DNA of 29,432 bases from a virus (lineage: Duplodnaviria; Caudoviricetes): IMG/VR virus record IMGVR_UViG_3300038379_000584, positions 1 to 29,432 of that record; one strand, written 5' to 3'. The notes beneath the pieces are model-generated. The model was not told where the DNA came from. It saw nothing but the letters and a program-made list of their open reading frames with translations, and searched no databases. A program made the position numbers and the translations under genes. This document shows positions 1 through 8,446 of this stretch, one piece after another; within the stretch, counting starts at the first letter, position 1, and each line of letters begins with the position of its first letter.

Positions 1-1521
1 GATGGTCCAGGTGTCAGCGGCCGTTGCACCAATCTCGGCACAGGATACCGGGTCTCCGTTACCAACGATCACGATGTTGTCGTACCAGCGTCTCCCTGCG
101 TTGTCCGTCTGGTCGCATCCATCGCCCTGGTTGACGTTGGCGTACCCGTTGAGAAACAAGCTCCTCCAAGAAGATGCAAAGTGATGTGTGAAGTTCAGGT
201 TACTAACGTCAATTGACTTTACGTCATTTACCCAGTGCTCTACTCGTCCAGAAGATGTGTTCATTCCTGTAATCTTTGACCGCACGCAAACCCAATCTCC
301 AACCGGCGCGTTTGCTGATTGCGTTACTGACGCGATTGGACAGAAAGAAACCACACCACCCGATCCTTGTCCGCCACCCGTCCCATTGCAGTGACCAATT
401 GTCTGTGTGGCGGCGCTACAGTCACTCGCCGCCCCAGTAGAATTTACGCCATCCCAACGTAAGCTGAATGACACCGGAAACTTAGACGGACTACACCCAG
501 ATTCGTTGCCGCCAGGGCAAGTACCGCCACCAGCAAGACAGGCACTATAAGCGGAAAGGCTATAGCAGTCTGTATTATTCTGTGTACCACCTAAGCAGGT
601 CGCGCACTGCGCGCAATTGCTTATAGGCCACGAGTAAGCTAGCGCAGAACCGTTTGCTTGCTGGCCAACACCCGGCTCAAAACCTTTCCAAGCCCAGTTA
701 GATGCGGTGCATGGTGAGCTAGATCCCGTCTGAGAGTCATCCAGAGCAACCATCATCGTAATGCCGATGGTTGAATACGATGCCCCAAAGTCCACATGGC
801 CTGTACCGACGCCTGCTGACTCACCACTTGTTGTCAGGATTCCGGCTGGGACTCTGTGTCCCCACACATTCTGGCCGTCCCAGATTCCACGATCATCACT
901 CGTACCGTTCGTGTCTGGAATTCCGAGACCACTCCACTCGTCATCAAACTCAGCAGTAGAGCTGACAACATCTATATATGAGCCGTCAGGGAGTTCACAA
1001 TTCCAAGGATTGCCTGATGTCCACTCGCACGGGAAGTAACATCCGTAAGCCCCACCTGGAGTTGAACATCCACCCTCACCCTCATCCCAACCGCCCCACA
1101 CATTCGTCGCACTACAACAAAACCCCATAGCGACTTGACATTGCTCACCACTACTTACTGTGCAACTTTCCCAGGAAGTTGTGAACTGCTTGCCATAGGT
1201 ACGAGACCAGTAGCTATTCGACCCTACGACTGTCGTCGTGCCGCCATCATTCCAGGGGCCATACGGGTATGTAGACGTGCCGTATCCTTCTGGTCCGGTA
1301 AGACTCGACGCTTCAGTGTCTTCGCAGGCCACAACACTAGAGCGAATAGGGCGACCCATAGACTGACATGTTGAGTTAGCATAGACGCCACCGCCCACAT
1401 CATTTCCCACACCATCTGTATTTGCATAACAATCACACAGACAGTCCACTTGGTCGGTGCAGGCGGCAGAGTATGCGTCGTACGGCATAGCCAAGAGGAT
1501 GAGTAGAATCAGCTTCTTCAT
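1..1521 (-). CDS. Secreted Cys-rich protein with polysaccharide-lyase/ConA-like jelly-roll region (3' end runs off window)
   Basis: Absent from the ORF track because no stop falls in the window. Hand translation gives 507 open codons from ATG 1521: MKKLILLILLAMPYDAYSAACTDQVDCLCDC... GGTGA RBS, Sec-type signal peptide, 28 Cys. The motif GDWVCVRSKI..GRVEHWVND..WYDNIVI resembles beta-jelly-roll lyase-like domains. Confidence 0.8.
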   Translation of the reverse strand, partial: MKKLILLILLAMPYDAYSAACTDQVDCLCDCYANTDGVGNDVGGGVYANSTCQSMGRPIRSSVVACEDTEASSLTGPEGYGTSTYPYGPWNDGGTTTVVGSNSYWSRTYGKQFTTSWESCTVSSGEQCQVAMGFCCSATNVWGGWDEGEGGCSTPGGAYGCYFPCEWTSGNPWNCELPDGSYIDVVSSTAEFDDEWSGLGIPDTNGTSDDRGIWDGQNVWGHRVPAGILTTSGESAGVGTGHVDFGASYSTIGITMMVALDDSQTGSSSPCTASNWAWKGFEPGVGQQANGSALAYSWPISNCAQCATCLGGTQNNTDCYSLSAYSACLAGGGTCPGGNESGCSPSKFPVSFSLRWDGVNSTGAASDCSAATQTIGHCNGTGGGQGSGGVVSFCPIASVTQSANAPVGDWVCVRSKITGMNTSSGRVEHWVNDVKSIDVSNLNFTHHFASSWRSLFLNGYANVNQGDGCDQTDNAGRRWYDNIVIVGNGDPVSCAEIGATAADTWTI

Positions 1522-1530
1522 CTGTTTCAC

Positions 1531-2265
1531 CTACTCGATGATTGCCGCAAGGTGGATCGCCGTACCGCCATCTGTCCCAGCGTCATTGCTAGAGACGTTG
1601 TAGGTACCAGTGCTAGAGACGATACGAGTCCAGATGTCAGAGCAGACTACAAGTGTGCAGTTTTGCTCAGAGTCCTGTAGCGTGAATGTAGACTCTGTTG
1701 GACTGCTTGGGTTCGCCCCGGTCTCAAAGCGTCCAAAGAACGCAACCAACACTGCGTCTGCGACAGTGGTTGTTATCCCGGTACCGGTGTATGGCTCAGT
1801 AGAATCTGTGGTGGCGCTTCCTACATCAAACGGATCACTTGTGTTTGCGCCGATGATCTCAACGGCGCAGACTGTTGCGTAGTCGTTGGCTACATCTACC
1901 CCAAATGTATGACTCCCGCTGGACACATTCGGGATGTAATACATCCGAACTTCATTGCCGCCGCCTGTCTGCGGGCTGCCAACCTGAACGGCACCACTTG
2001 CAGGGCTACCGTCCATCCAAATGGCCTGGAAGCCACCACCGAACGTCGTGTACGAGATTCCAACTACGACAGTGCTGCCTGAGGTGATGGAGATGCCGGT
2101 AGTGCTCTGCGAGCTAACCGTCGTCCCGCTCTGTGCGCAGTCCTTGACCCCGACAGAGAGGCCGCTGCCACCACCCGCCGCCCCAAAACCCACCATGACC
2201 GTAGGCCCGTCTGCCCTTGCAGGCAGCGCCAGCATCAACAGCGCGAGAAGCAGTCGCTTAGTCAT
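1531..2265 (-). CDS. Signal-peptide protein, putative fibre-tip adhesin / receptor-binding protein
   Basis: MTKRLLLALLMLALPARA-DG signal peptide with AxA site, then VMVGFGAAGGGSG and a T/S/G-rich beta domain; 4 Cys; overlaps the stop of the upstream fibre gene. Confidence 0.75.
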   Translation of the reverse strand: MTKRLLLALLMLALPARADGPTVMVGFGAAGGGSGLSVGVKDCAQSGTTVSSQSTTGISITSGSTVVVGISYTTFGGGFQAIWMDGSPASGAVQVGSPQTGGGNEVRMYYIPNVSSGSHTFGVDVANDYATVCAVEIIGANTSDPFDVGSATTDSTEPYTGTGITTTVADAVLVAFFGRFETGANPSSPTESTFTLQDSEQNCTLVVCSDIWTRIVSSTGTYNVSSNDAGTDGGTAIHLAAIIE

Positions 2266-5200
2266 TCATCGTCGCCTTGAGCGAGCAGGTCACAAAGCCT
2301 GGCGTGGTCCAGGTCACAGTGCCGATGACCACCTTGAGCCAGTTCGCTGCTGTAAGCGTGGTGTCGGTGAAGGCTGCATCCTGCACATTCGTATCCACAG
2401 TGGTCATGGTGGCTGTAGCACCGATCCCAGCACAGCTGGCACCGGAGGTGTTGCACTCCTCCACGCTAAAGTCAATGGTGGTGAGCCCGCTTCCTCCCTG
2501 CGCCACACAGTCCCACGAGGTAGGAGTCATGGTGTTGGCCACCTTCAGGAACAGCACATCATCGGTGGCTGCAGGAGCCTTTACCGCAATGCTGAACTCG
2601 CGGGTGTAAAGCTCCGCGTCCGCATCCACGCTATCCGGGGAGGTGGTTGTGTTTGCGCTCAGGCTGCGGCCAGAGTGGCCACTGAGATTGAACTCCGCTC
2701 GCGCGGTACCACCGGTCTCATCCACCAGCACAAAGCCATGTTCGTTCTCAAAGTCCAGAGCGGTCGCAGCCACACTGGGCGAGCCGTCCTGTTCCTTGAT
2801 GGTTACCGTGCCTGAGGTATCGTCTGTTTCACAGTCCACCGTGCCATCCTGGTTGATAACCCGAATGGAGCTGTTGACTGCACAGGTAGTGCCGACCCGC
2901 TGTTGAAGCTCCTTCGTCACCCCGGCGGTATCGTGGATGAAACTGGGCGCAGCTCCAACAAAGCAGAAGCCGCCAAGTGAGGTGCCACCCAATGAACCTG
3001 GGTCAGGGCAGGAAGCTGGGTTCTCTCGCATAGCGACGATACGGGCATTGGGGCCTGGATCTGTCTGGTAGATACTACCATCACTGGAGAGGCAGGTGTC
3101 GTAGGCGCCACCTCCGTCGCCGTCCACGCAGCAGCAGGTGCCGGTAACACACAGGGAGACAGTGCCGGATGTGAGGTTGCAGACGAACTCCCTGGAGCCA
3201 TTACTATTACTGTCAATGCCGGTAGCGTGAGCCTTCAGCTGCCCTGAGGTACCTGTGTCCATGTCGATGGAGTTGGTATCGGTGACGACCCGTTCATTGG
3301 AGAGCTGGGGATGCGTATTGGAGGTGATATAGCCCGGCGTACGTGGAGCGACACCGGTCCAGGTATCGGTGGCAGACGCGAAGTATAGCCCCGGCGCCGT
3401 CACCTCATCCGTAACCATCATAGCACCAAATGTGGCAGTTCCTGGCGGGACTCCGCTACTGGTCTTCACTGGGATAGATTCATCCGCAGCGGAGGCGTTG
3501 AGTGTGTCTCCGGCCGCAGCAGTGAGGGCACTACAGTTGCCGCCAGTGCAGCCCCAGACATCAGTGACATCTCCAACAGAAGTGGCTGGGAACACTGGGA
3601 TCCAGGTACCTGACGTGGTGCGAATACAGAGGATATCATCTGTACCCGCTGATGGATCGCAGATACCTGCCGATACCTGCCCATCGACCAGGAAGAACAT
3701 CTCACCTGGATTGATGTAGGTGGTAGGAAATGTGGTTCCATCTCGGACATTGGGATCGAGGTCGATCCATCGCCCCTGCCAGTCGCAGTCCCCGGTACCG
3801 GCCCCGGTGCAGCAGAGCAGCGGCACACCGGCGCCAGTACACATCGAGTTGGACGGAGGAGTGATGTTGGCCGGCACACCGCCGCCCCAGAGGTCAATCT
3901 GCTCTTCCGCGAGCACGGTGGGCGCGCCACAGGTCGCTCCAGCGCCAGCACCCGTACAGCAGTCCCACGGGGCATCTACGCCGGTGCAGTTGTCCGCGCC
4001 CCAGTTCCCGCCCTTGACCTGTGCGTAGGTGCCACCAGCCACGCCCGAGAGCATGAACTGAGCAATCTCAGGACGCGCGTTGTGCGCACCAGGCCCGAAG
4101 CAGATGTCCATACTGGCGACGCGATTGCTGCGGAAGTGTCCATCCATCCACACGTCCGTCGCGAAGCCGAGCTCACTTACGCCCTGACAGGTCGGCGCAC
4201 CAGCTGGGTCGTAGCAGCAGAGCTCCTTGGTCGAGCTGTTGAAACCAGCACCGAGGATGAGGTCGCCCTCGGCGCAAGTACCGGTACCTGAGCCGGTACA
4301 ACAGGCGTAAGGAGCTCCGGCACCAGTGCACTGGTGGTTACCACCAGTACTGTTGGAGTGCGCGTAACCGCTGTCGAGCTCGATTCCGCCAGGCATAGCA
4401 ATGTTGATGTTGTTCCCCTCGATGATCGCGCCGTCGATGTGCGTAGCACCTTCATTCGCCCACACAGAGCCAGTGGGACGGGCGCCGGAACAGTTCCCGC
4501 TCTCGCAGTCACTGGCCACACAGATGCGCGAGCCGCAGAGATCGTTCAGTTGAGCAAAGCCGATGTCATTCGCACCGAGGTAGATACCTGTGGGAAGGCG
4601 ATATCCACCACCGCCGCCGATCTGCATGCCTACTCCACACGATCCCACACGAATGCTGTTGAACTTTGAGGAGAATGCGTTCTGCAGACCGATGCCGATG
4701 TTGTCGTTATCGTCCGGGCCACCACAGTTGACCTGGATGTCGAGGTTGGAATAGTTCACAGATGTGCCACCGAAGGAACCGAAGTGAACAATCGTCCCTG
4801 TGCTGTGGCCTGTCTGCGCGACCAAGGCCGGTGGCCGCAGCTCCTGCCAGGTGCCTACGTTGTCACTATCACCGTTGACGGTGATGCGGCCAGAGAACGC
4901 AAGCCAGGAGGTGATGCGCCCAAGCGTAGTCGCGTTCGAGGTTGTTGCGCTGGTGAAGCCGCAGACGTCGCTGGCCGAGTTGGTGAGGATGTGCCAGATC
5001 TTGTTCTGTCCAGTGTTATCCACGGTGACGTTCAGGTTAGCCATCATGATGTTCATGTAGCCACCACTGACATCACGCGAGCAGTCCACAGCTGGTAGAT
5101 TGTCCCCGTCCAGAGCACCAACGGGGGCAATCAGTGGCGTCTTCGCCGTGAGGTTGCTCGTGCCGTAGGTCTTTGCCTCTGAAAAGGACACGTTCCAGTT

Positions 5201-5848
5201 GCCGGTCCAGATGATGTTACGCACACTGTCCGACTGCGGATTCTCAAGGAAGGGCCGCATGGAGGCGGCCGCAGCCTCCTCCGCCGCGTCGGCGGACATG
5301 CCGGTGAAGTCCACCACCACATCAATCCCTAGGGGATCAATAGGTACGTCTCCGGTATCCGGCTCATAACTGCCATCACAGTCTTGATCCAGTACCTGCA
5401 TACTGCCAATAGTCTGAATACATGCATTACCCAGGCCAGTCAGCCGCTCCCAGGTGTCAGTGGTCGAGTTGGTGCAGCGCCACTGCGTTTCCTTCACTGT
5501 ATTCAGATACAACTCATTGACCTGACTACATGGCGTAGACCCGTTGATAGGATCGCCACTGCCGCTACTCGGAAGCCCGCCACCAGCTGCCTGTCCATCA
5601 GGACTTGCGCGCCAGGTATTCACGTCGCAGATAAGCGTACGCGCAAGTGTCCCGCTCCCCGCAGCACAGGTCGCGTCGAGGCAGTCCTTCACATTCCTGG
5701 TCTGTCCATGCGTAGACGCATTGCAGGCAGGCAAGGCACTGAACAGAATCGGAGTGGTATTACCACCACCAAGGCCCTGCCCTGGAAAGTCCGGTGCCAT
5801 TAGTACTGGTGTGAAGAGGAAAAGGGCGAAGAGAACAAACCGCTTCAT
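2258..5848 (-). CDS. Signal-peptide, Cys-rich mosaic tail fibre/tailspike-like protein (1196 aa)
   Basis: N-terminus MKRFVLFALFLFTPVLMA; 50 Cys by hand count. Fibre-type segments ALPAC..G..V.D..C...W, GTTFP..PGEMFF, QLSNERV, QQRVGTTC..INQDGTVDC, IKEQDGSPS. Possible beta-helix in the middle and a beta-sandwich C-terminus. ATGA overlap with the upstream gene. Confidence 0.8.
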   Translation of the reverse strand: MKRFVLFALFLFTPVLMAPDFPGQGLGGGNTTPILFSALPACNASTHGQTRNVKDCLDATCAAGSGTLARTLICDVNTWRASPDGQAAGGGLPSSGSGDPINGSTPCSQVNELYLNTVKETQWRCTNSTTDTWERLTGLGNACIQTIGSMQVLDQDCDGSYEPDTGDVPIDPLGIDVVVDFTGMSADAAEEAAAASMRPFLENPQSDSVRNIIWTGNWNVSFSEAKTYGTSNLTAKTPLIAPVGALDGDNLPAVDCSRDVSGGYMNIMMANLNVTVDNTGQNKIWHILTNSASDVCGFTSATTSNATTLGRITSWLAFSGRITVNGDSDNVGTWQELRPPALVAQTGHSTGTIVHFGSFGGTSVNYSNLDIQVNCGGPDDNDNIGIGLQNAFSSKFNSIRVGSCGVGMQIGGGGGYRLPTGIYLGANDIGFAQLNDLCGSRICVASDCESGNCSGARPTGSVWANEGATHIDGAIIEGNNINIAMPGGIELDSGYAHSNSTGGNHQCTGAGAPYACCTGSGTGTCAEGDLILGAGFNSSTKELCCYDPAGAPTCQGVSELGFATDVWMDGHFRSNRVASMDICFGPGAHNARPEIAQFMLSGVAGGTYAQVKGGNWGADNCTGVDAPWDCCTGAGAGATCGAPTVLAEEQIDLWGGGVPANITPPSNSMCTGAGVPLLCCTGAGTGDCDWQGRWIDLDPNVRDGTTFPTTYINPGEMFFLVDGQVSAGICDPSAGTDDILCIRTTSGTWIPVFPATSVGDVTDVWGCTGGNCSALTAAAGDTLNASAADESIPVKTSSGVPPGTATFGAMMVTDEVTAPGLYFASATDTWTGVAPRTPGYITSNTHPQLSNERVVTDTNSIDMDTGTSGQLKAHATGIDSNSNGSREFVCNLTSGTVSLCVTGTCCCVDGDGGGAYDTCLSSDGSIYQTDPGPNARIVAMRENPASCPDPGSLGGTSLGGFCFVGAAPSFIHDTAGVTKELQQRVGTTCAVNSSIRVINQDGTVDCETDDTSGTVTIKEQDGSPSVAATALDFENEHGFVLVDETGGTARAEFNLSGHSGRSLSANTTTSPDSVDADAELYTREFSIAVKAPAATDDVLFLKVANTMTPTSWDCVAQGGSGLTTIDFSVEECNTSGASCAGIGATATMTTVDTNVQDAAFTDTTLTAANWLKVVIGTVTWTTPGFVTCSLKATMND
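3785..4330 (-). repeat. Three copies of a 4-Cys mini-module C-T-G-x-x-x-P-x-x-C-C-T-G-x-G-x-G-x(1-2)-C
   Basis: CTGAGAPYACCTGSGTGTC (about 4274-4330), CTGVDAPWDCCTGAGAGATC (about 3929-3988), CTGAGVPLLCCTGAGTGDC (about 3785-3842). Confidence 0.9.
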
Positions 5849-6348
5849 CGACGTTCCTCAGCGATGGTTACTTCCTGATCGCCATTGCGAAGTGTAATGA
5901 TGCGCCGAATTACGTCCTCGGCGGACTGCGAGGCCTTCTCCTGCTCCCGGTACCGGCCGAGCATTCTATACAGCTGGTCAGTGGCCTTGAGGCCAACCTC
6001 TACATCTGGGTCCAGCAAGCCGCGCTTTACCACGAGTGCCGTGAGTGGCAGCAGTGCCTTTAGATTCCCATCGTGCTCATTGCAAGCACGCTCAATAATA
6101 TCCTGCGACGCAGGGTTCCTGAGAACTGCCGCGACCGTGGAGGGGCGGCGACCGACAATCTCTGCGATCTCCTTGTATGATCGGCCCTGTAGGTGCAGAG
6201 CAATCATTCTCCGATGTACGATAGTAAGCCGCTTGATCCGGCGCGGCGCGTTGGTAGTCGGCGTTGCCAGTACAAGCGACTTGATATCAGCGGAGAGGCC
6301 GCGATTGTTATTACTCGTTTGTAGTCCAGTTCCCATAGTGCAATGCAT
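5845..6348 (-). CDS. HTH DNA-binding protein, putative terminase small subunit
   Basis: HTH segment HRRMIALHLQGRSYKEIAEIVGRRPSTVAAVL, helical middle, short beta C-terminus; lies at the head of the late operon. Start may be 6336. Confidence 0.6.
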   Translation of the reverse strand: MHCTMGTGLQTSNNNRGLSADIKSLVLATPTTNAPRRIKRLTIVHRRMIALHLQGRSYKEIAEIVGRRPSTVAAVLRNPASQDIIERACNEHDGNLKALLPLTALVVKRGLLDPDVEVGLKATDQLYRMLGRYREQEKASQSAEDVIRRIITLRNGDQEVTIAEERR

Positions 6349-6374
6349 CCCAAAGACGGATTGTTAGAGGCAGA

Positions 6375-6572
6375 TCACCCCTTTCGTTCGCGTCTCTCCG
6401 CATGTTCCTTTACCGCGTTTGCGGCGTTTTTCTTCTTCACATACCCTCGATGCATGCCATGCTTATCAAAGCACACATGCATGTACTCATCCTGTGCAAG
6501 ACCCAGCTCTGGGCCGCTCACGGTGCGCACACGGCCCCCGCCGCGGCGGCATTTGTCAAAGCCGGCCGGCAC
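6375..6572 (-). CDS. Small basic phage protein (MPAGFDKCRRGGGRVRTVSG...)
   Basis: GTG start at 6572 with GGAGG about 10 nt upstream, preferred over the track start at 6596; 65 aa. Confidence 0.7.
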   Translation of the reverse strand: MPAGFDKCRRGGGRVRTVSGPELGLAQDEYMHVCFDKHGMHRGYVKKKNAANAVKEHAERRERKG

Positions 6573-6573
6573 T

Positions 6574-6828
6574 TTATGGGGCCTCCGCAGTTGCAATCAA
6601 ATTTTGATTGACAGTGGGCATATGCTCGATCTGCTCGTGGTCGCCCGGCGCGAATTTGGAAAGGGGCCCCGGGGAGTGCGGCGCAAGCCGCCCTGGGGTA
6701 CTTTGCTCAAACAGCAGCCGGTTGATTGCCAGGAAGCGGCGACGTACCTCTGGAGACAGACCCCCGGGTGCCAGCATCGCAACGGCTGGACCAGCGGGGC
6801 GACGGGCTGCGGATGGGGCGGCGGACAT
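6574..6828 (-). CDS. Possible hypothetical protein (near-leaderless)
   Basis: ATG at 6828 sits at the expected start site of the leftward promoter. No RBS and Pro/Ala-rich, so it may be spurious. Confidence 0.3.
   Translation of the reverse strand: MSAAPSAARRPAGPAVAMLAPGGLSPEVRRRFLAINRLLFEQSTPGRLAPHSPGPLSKFAPGDHEQIEHMPTVNQNLIATAEAP
6594..6610. promoter_or_regulatory. Palindromic site copy 1 (CAATCAAATTTTGATTG)
   Basis: Perfect 8-1-8 inverted repeat upstream of the 6572 gene. Confidence 0.8.
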
Positions 6829-6836
6829 TTGCACCA

Positions 6837-6865
6837 ACCATATCAAATCGACCGAAGATTGTCAA
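6837..6865 (-). promoter_or_regulatory. Leftward sigma70-type promoter (late arm)
   Basis: Minus strand TTGACA-17 nt-TATGGT with TG extended -10. Confidence 0.6.
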
Positions 6866-7121
6866 GGCCAAAATATACATCTTTCCCAACACTCATATGC
6901 GCGGCACGCGGGCACGCGCGGCCCACCACGCCCACAGCGCCCAATATGCCCAGTAAGGCGAAGGGGCTCACACTAAAAGGTTCAAAATTGAATCTGTTTG
7001 AAGATCACGTTCAGAGCAAGAATCGTGCCAACCGAGGGGGCCCTACCCACCCACCCATGCTGGGCACACACACCGATGGCAGCTGGGATGCGCACCCAAC
7101 ACTTTGGTGTGTATGCGGACA

Positions 7122-7170
7122 TGTTACACAATATTGTGTAACACTGAAATGTGTAACACATAAATGTGTT
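7122..7170. repeat. 22-bp perfect palindrome plus TGTGTAACAC direct repeat
   Basis: TGTTACACAATATTGTGTAACA 7122-7143; TGTGTAACAC at 7135 and 7150; AACACATAAATGTGTT 7155-7170. Confidence 0.8.
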
Positions 7171-7226
7171 TAGTGGGGGCTGTCACAACTTGGCATTGCG
7201 TGTCAAACAAAAATGCGTGAATCGGC

Positions 7227-7254
7227 TTGACATGGTGTGTGCGGATGGTACAAT
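7227..7254 (+). promoter_or_regulatory. Early sigma70-type promoter
   Basis: TTGACA-16 nt-TACAAT with TG extended -10. Confidence 0.75.
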
Positions 7255-7309
7255 GTGCGTGCGGTCAGAGTGGACCGCGCAACAAAACAATGGAATGAGG
7301 GATATGAAA

Positions 7310-7720
7310 ATGGCAAGGCATGACAAGACGGCGAACATGGCGACCACTGACGAAATGATCTCCGTCGTGGTGAACGTACCGCGTACCGTGCGAAAGCCCG
7401 CGAAAGTGGCGCTGAGCACCGAAGACGCCCGCGCAGGCAAGGTGGCCAATGTCACCATCGCGGTGGATATGTCCAAGGTGACAGCGGATGCCATCTTGGA
7501 CGCCGCACTCCGTACCGTGGTGATCGCCACGCAGGGGCGCATCCGCGCCACCTTGCGAAAGGAAGGCGGAAGCGTGCAGTCCATCGAAGGCCGCACGTTC
7601 CATGCCGAGATCGCACCGCAGGCGCGAACCACCGTTGACCCGGTAGCGCGTGCGCGCATGGCGCTGTCGGGACTGTCCCCTGAACAGCGGGCGGAGCTGC
7701 TCGCCGCGCTGGGCGAATAG
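7310..7720 (+). CDS. Early hypothetical protein (136 aa), monocistronic
   Basis: GAGGG RBS 8 nt before ATG 7310; the track start at 7166 is upstream of the promoter. Flanked by promoter and terminator. Confidence 0.85.
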   Translation: MARHDKTANMATTDEMISVVVNVPRTVRKPAKVALSTEDARAGKVANVTIAVDMSKVTADAILDAALRTVVIATQGRIRATLRKEGGSVQSIEGRTFHAEIAPQARTTVDPVARARMALSGLSPEQRAELLAALGE

Positions 7721-7726
7721 CCCACG

Positions 7727-7764
7727 AAAGGCCCCCCGGTGCTCGTGGCCGGGGGGCGCCTTTT
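7727..7764 (+). terminator. Intrinsic terminator
   Basis: GCCCCCCGG-loop-CCGGGGGGC stem followed by GCCTTTT, immediately after stop 7720. Confidence 0.75.
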
Positions 7765-7794
7765 GGCGCACTTATGCGCTTGTGCGCACTTGTA

Positions 7795-7807
7795 ATCAAA
7801 TTTTGAT
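7795..7807. promoter_or_regulatory. Palindromic site copy 2 (ATCAAATTTTGAT)
   Basis: Exact core match. Confidence 0.8.
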
Positions 7808-7819
7808 TGCCACTCTTCT

Positions 7820-8385
7820 AGTCTGTCACAGGTCTGTTACACAGGGCTGTGACAGGGCTGTATACAAAGCCCGTGTTTGTGAGTTGTAATCAAAATTTGA
7901 TTGTTAGTTTGCTATATAGCCGCTATATAGCGGCAAAAATATAGCGCCCCGGAGCAATGTTACAATTGGATTTAGTGGGTTTTTGTTCTAGTGTGTGCAA
8001 TTGTGCTTTTTTTCCACACTATATAGTATTAGTACTTATTTTTTTTTAGATATATAGAGGTACCCCACTGGGGGCCGGTTAGCACACTTGGGCCAGGGCT
8101 ACCCCTTTGGATGTGGGCAAATCGGCCAGTTGGCAAAGCGGCCAGGGGGGCAAATCGGCCAGATGCAATTGTGATATTGGGTCGGGGGCGCTATATTCGG
8201 GGGCTATATAGCGGCCCGACCGAATTGTCCAATGATTCCGCAGGGTTACGGGTGCTATATGCGCCGCATACGATATAACCTTTATATATCGCGGACATAC
8301 GGTGCCAATGTGCATTCGCACAATTGCGCAGTGTGACCCCCGCCGCTCCGCCCGCGCCGCCCGCCGCCCGGCTGCCCGCCGCAGG
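7820..8385. other. Repeat-rich non-coding region, candidate replication origin or genome terminus
   Basis: GCTATATAGC palindromes (7911, 7922, 8203), AT-rich tract about 8006-8058, three GGCAAA(T/G)CGGCCAG direct repeats (8116, 8132, 8149), C-rich tract 8337-8380; no credible ORF. Confidence 0.5.
7889..7901. promoter_or_regulatory. Palindromic site copy 3 (ATCAAAATTTGAT)
   Basis: Exact core match. Confidence 0.8.
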
Positions 8386-8428
8386 ATGAAAAATAAATAT
8401 TGACAACTCAGCCTGATTGTGATAACAT
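8386..8428 (+). promoter_or_regulatory. Early sigma70-type promoter with UP-like element
   Basis: ATGAAAAATAAATA-TTGACA(8400)-17 nt-TAACAT(8423), TG extended -10. Confidence 0.75.
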
Positions 8429-8446
8429 CCGATCCGTTACCGCGCG

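Noticed and set aside
2021-2815. 264-aa + strand ORF, and other + ORFs within 1-6350 and 22239-29432 such as 27483-28334
   Set aside because: Shadow frames of long, coupled minus-strand genes.
6594-6610. ATCAA/TTGAT palindrome as an FNR box
   Set aside because: FNR is TTGAT-N4-ATCAA; here the half-sites are in the opposite order with a 3-nt spacer.
6343-7173. 276-aa + strand ORF
   Set aside because: Antisense to better-supported genes, crosses promoters and palindromes, low-complexity composition, no RBS.
7178-7206. Extra leftward promoter from TTGACA at 7206-7201
   Set aside because: No acceptable -10 hexamer at 16-18 nt spacing.
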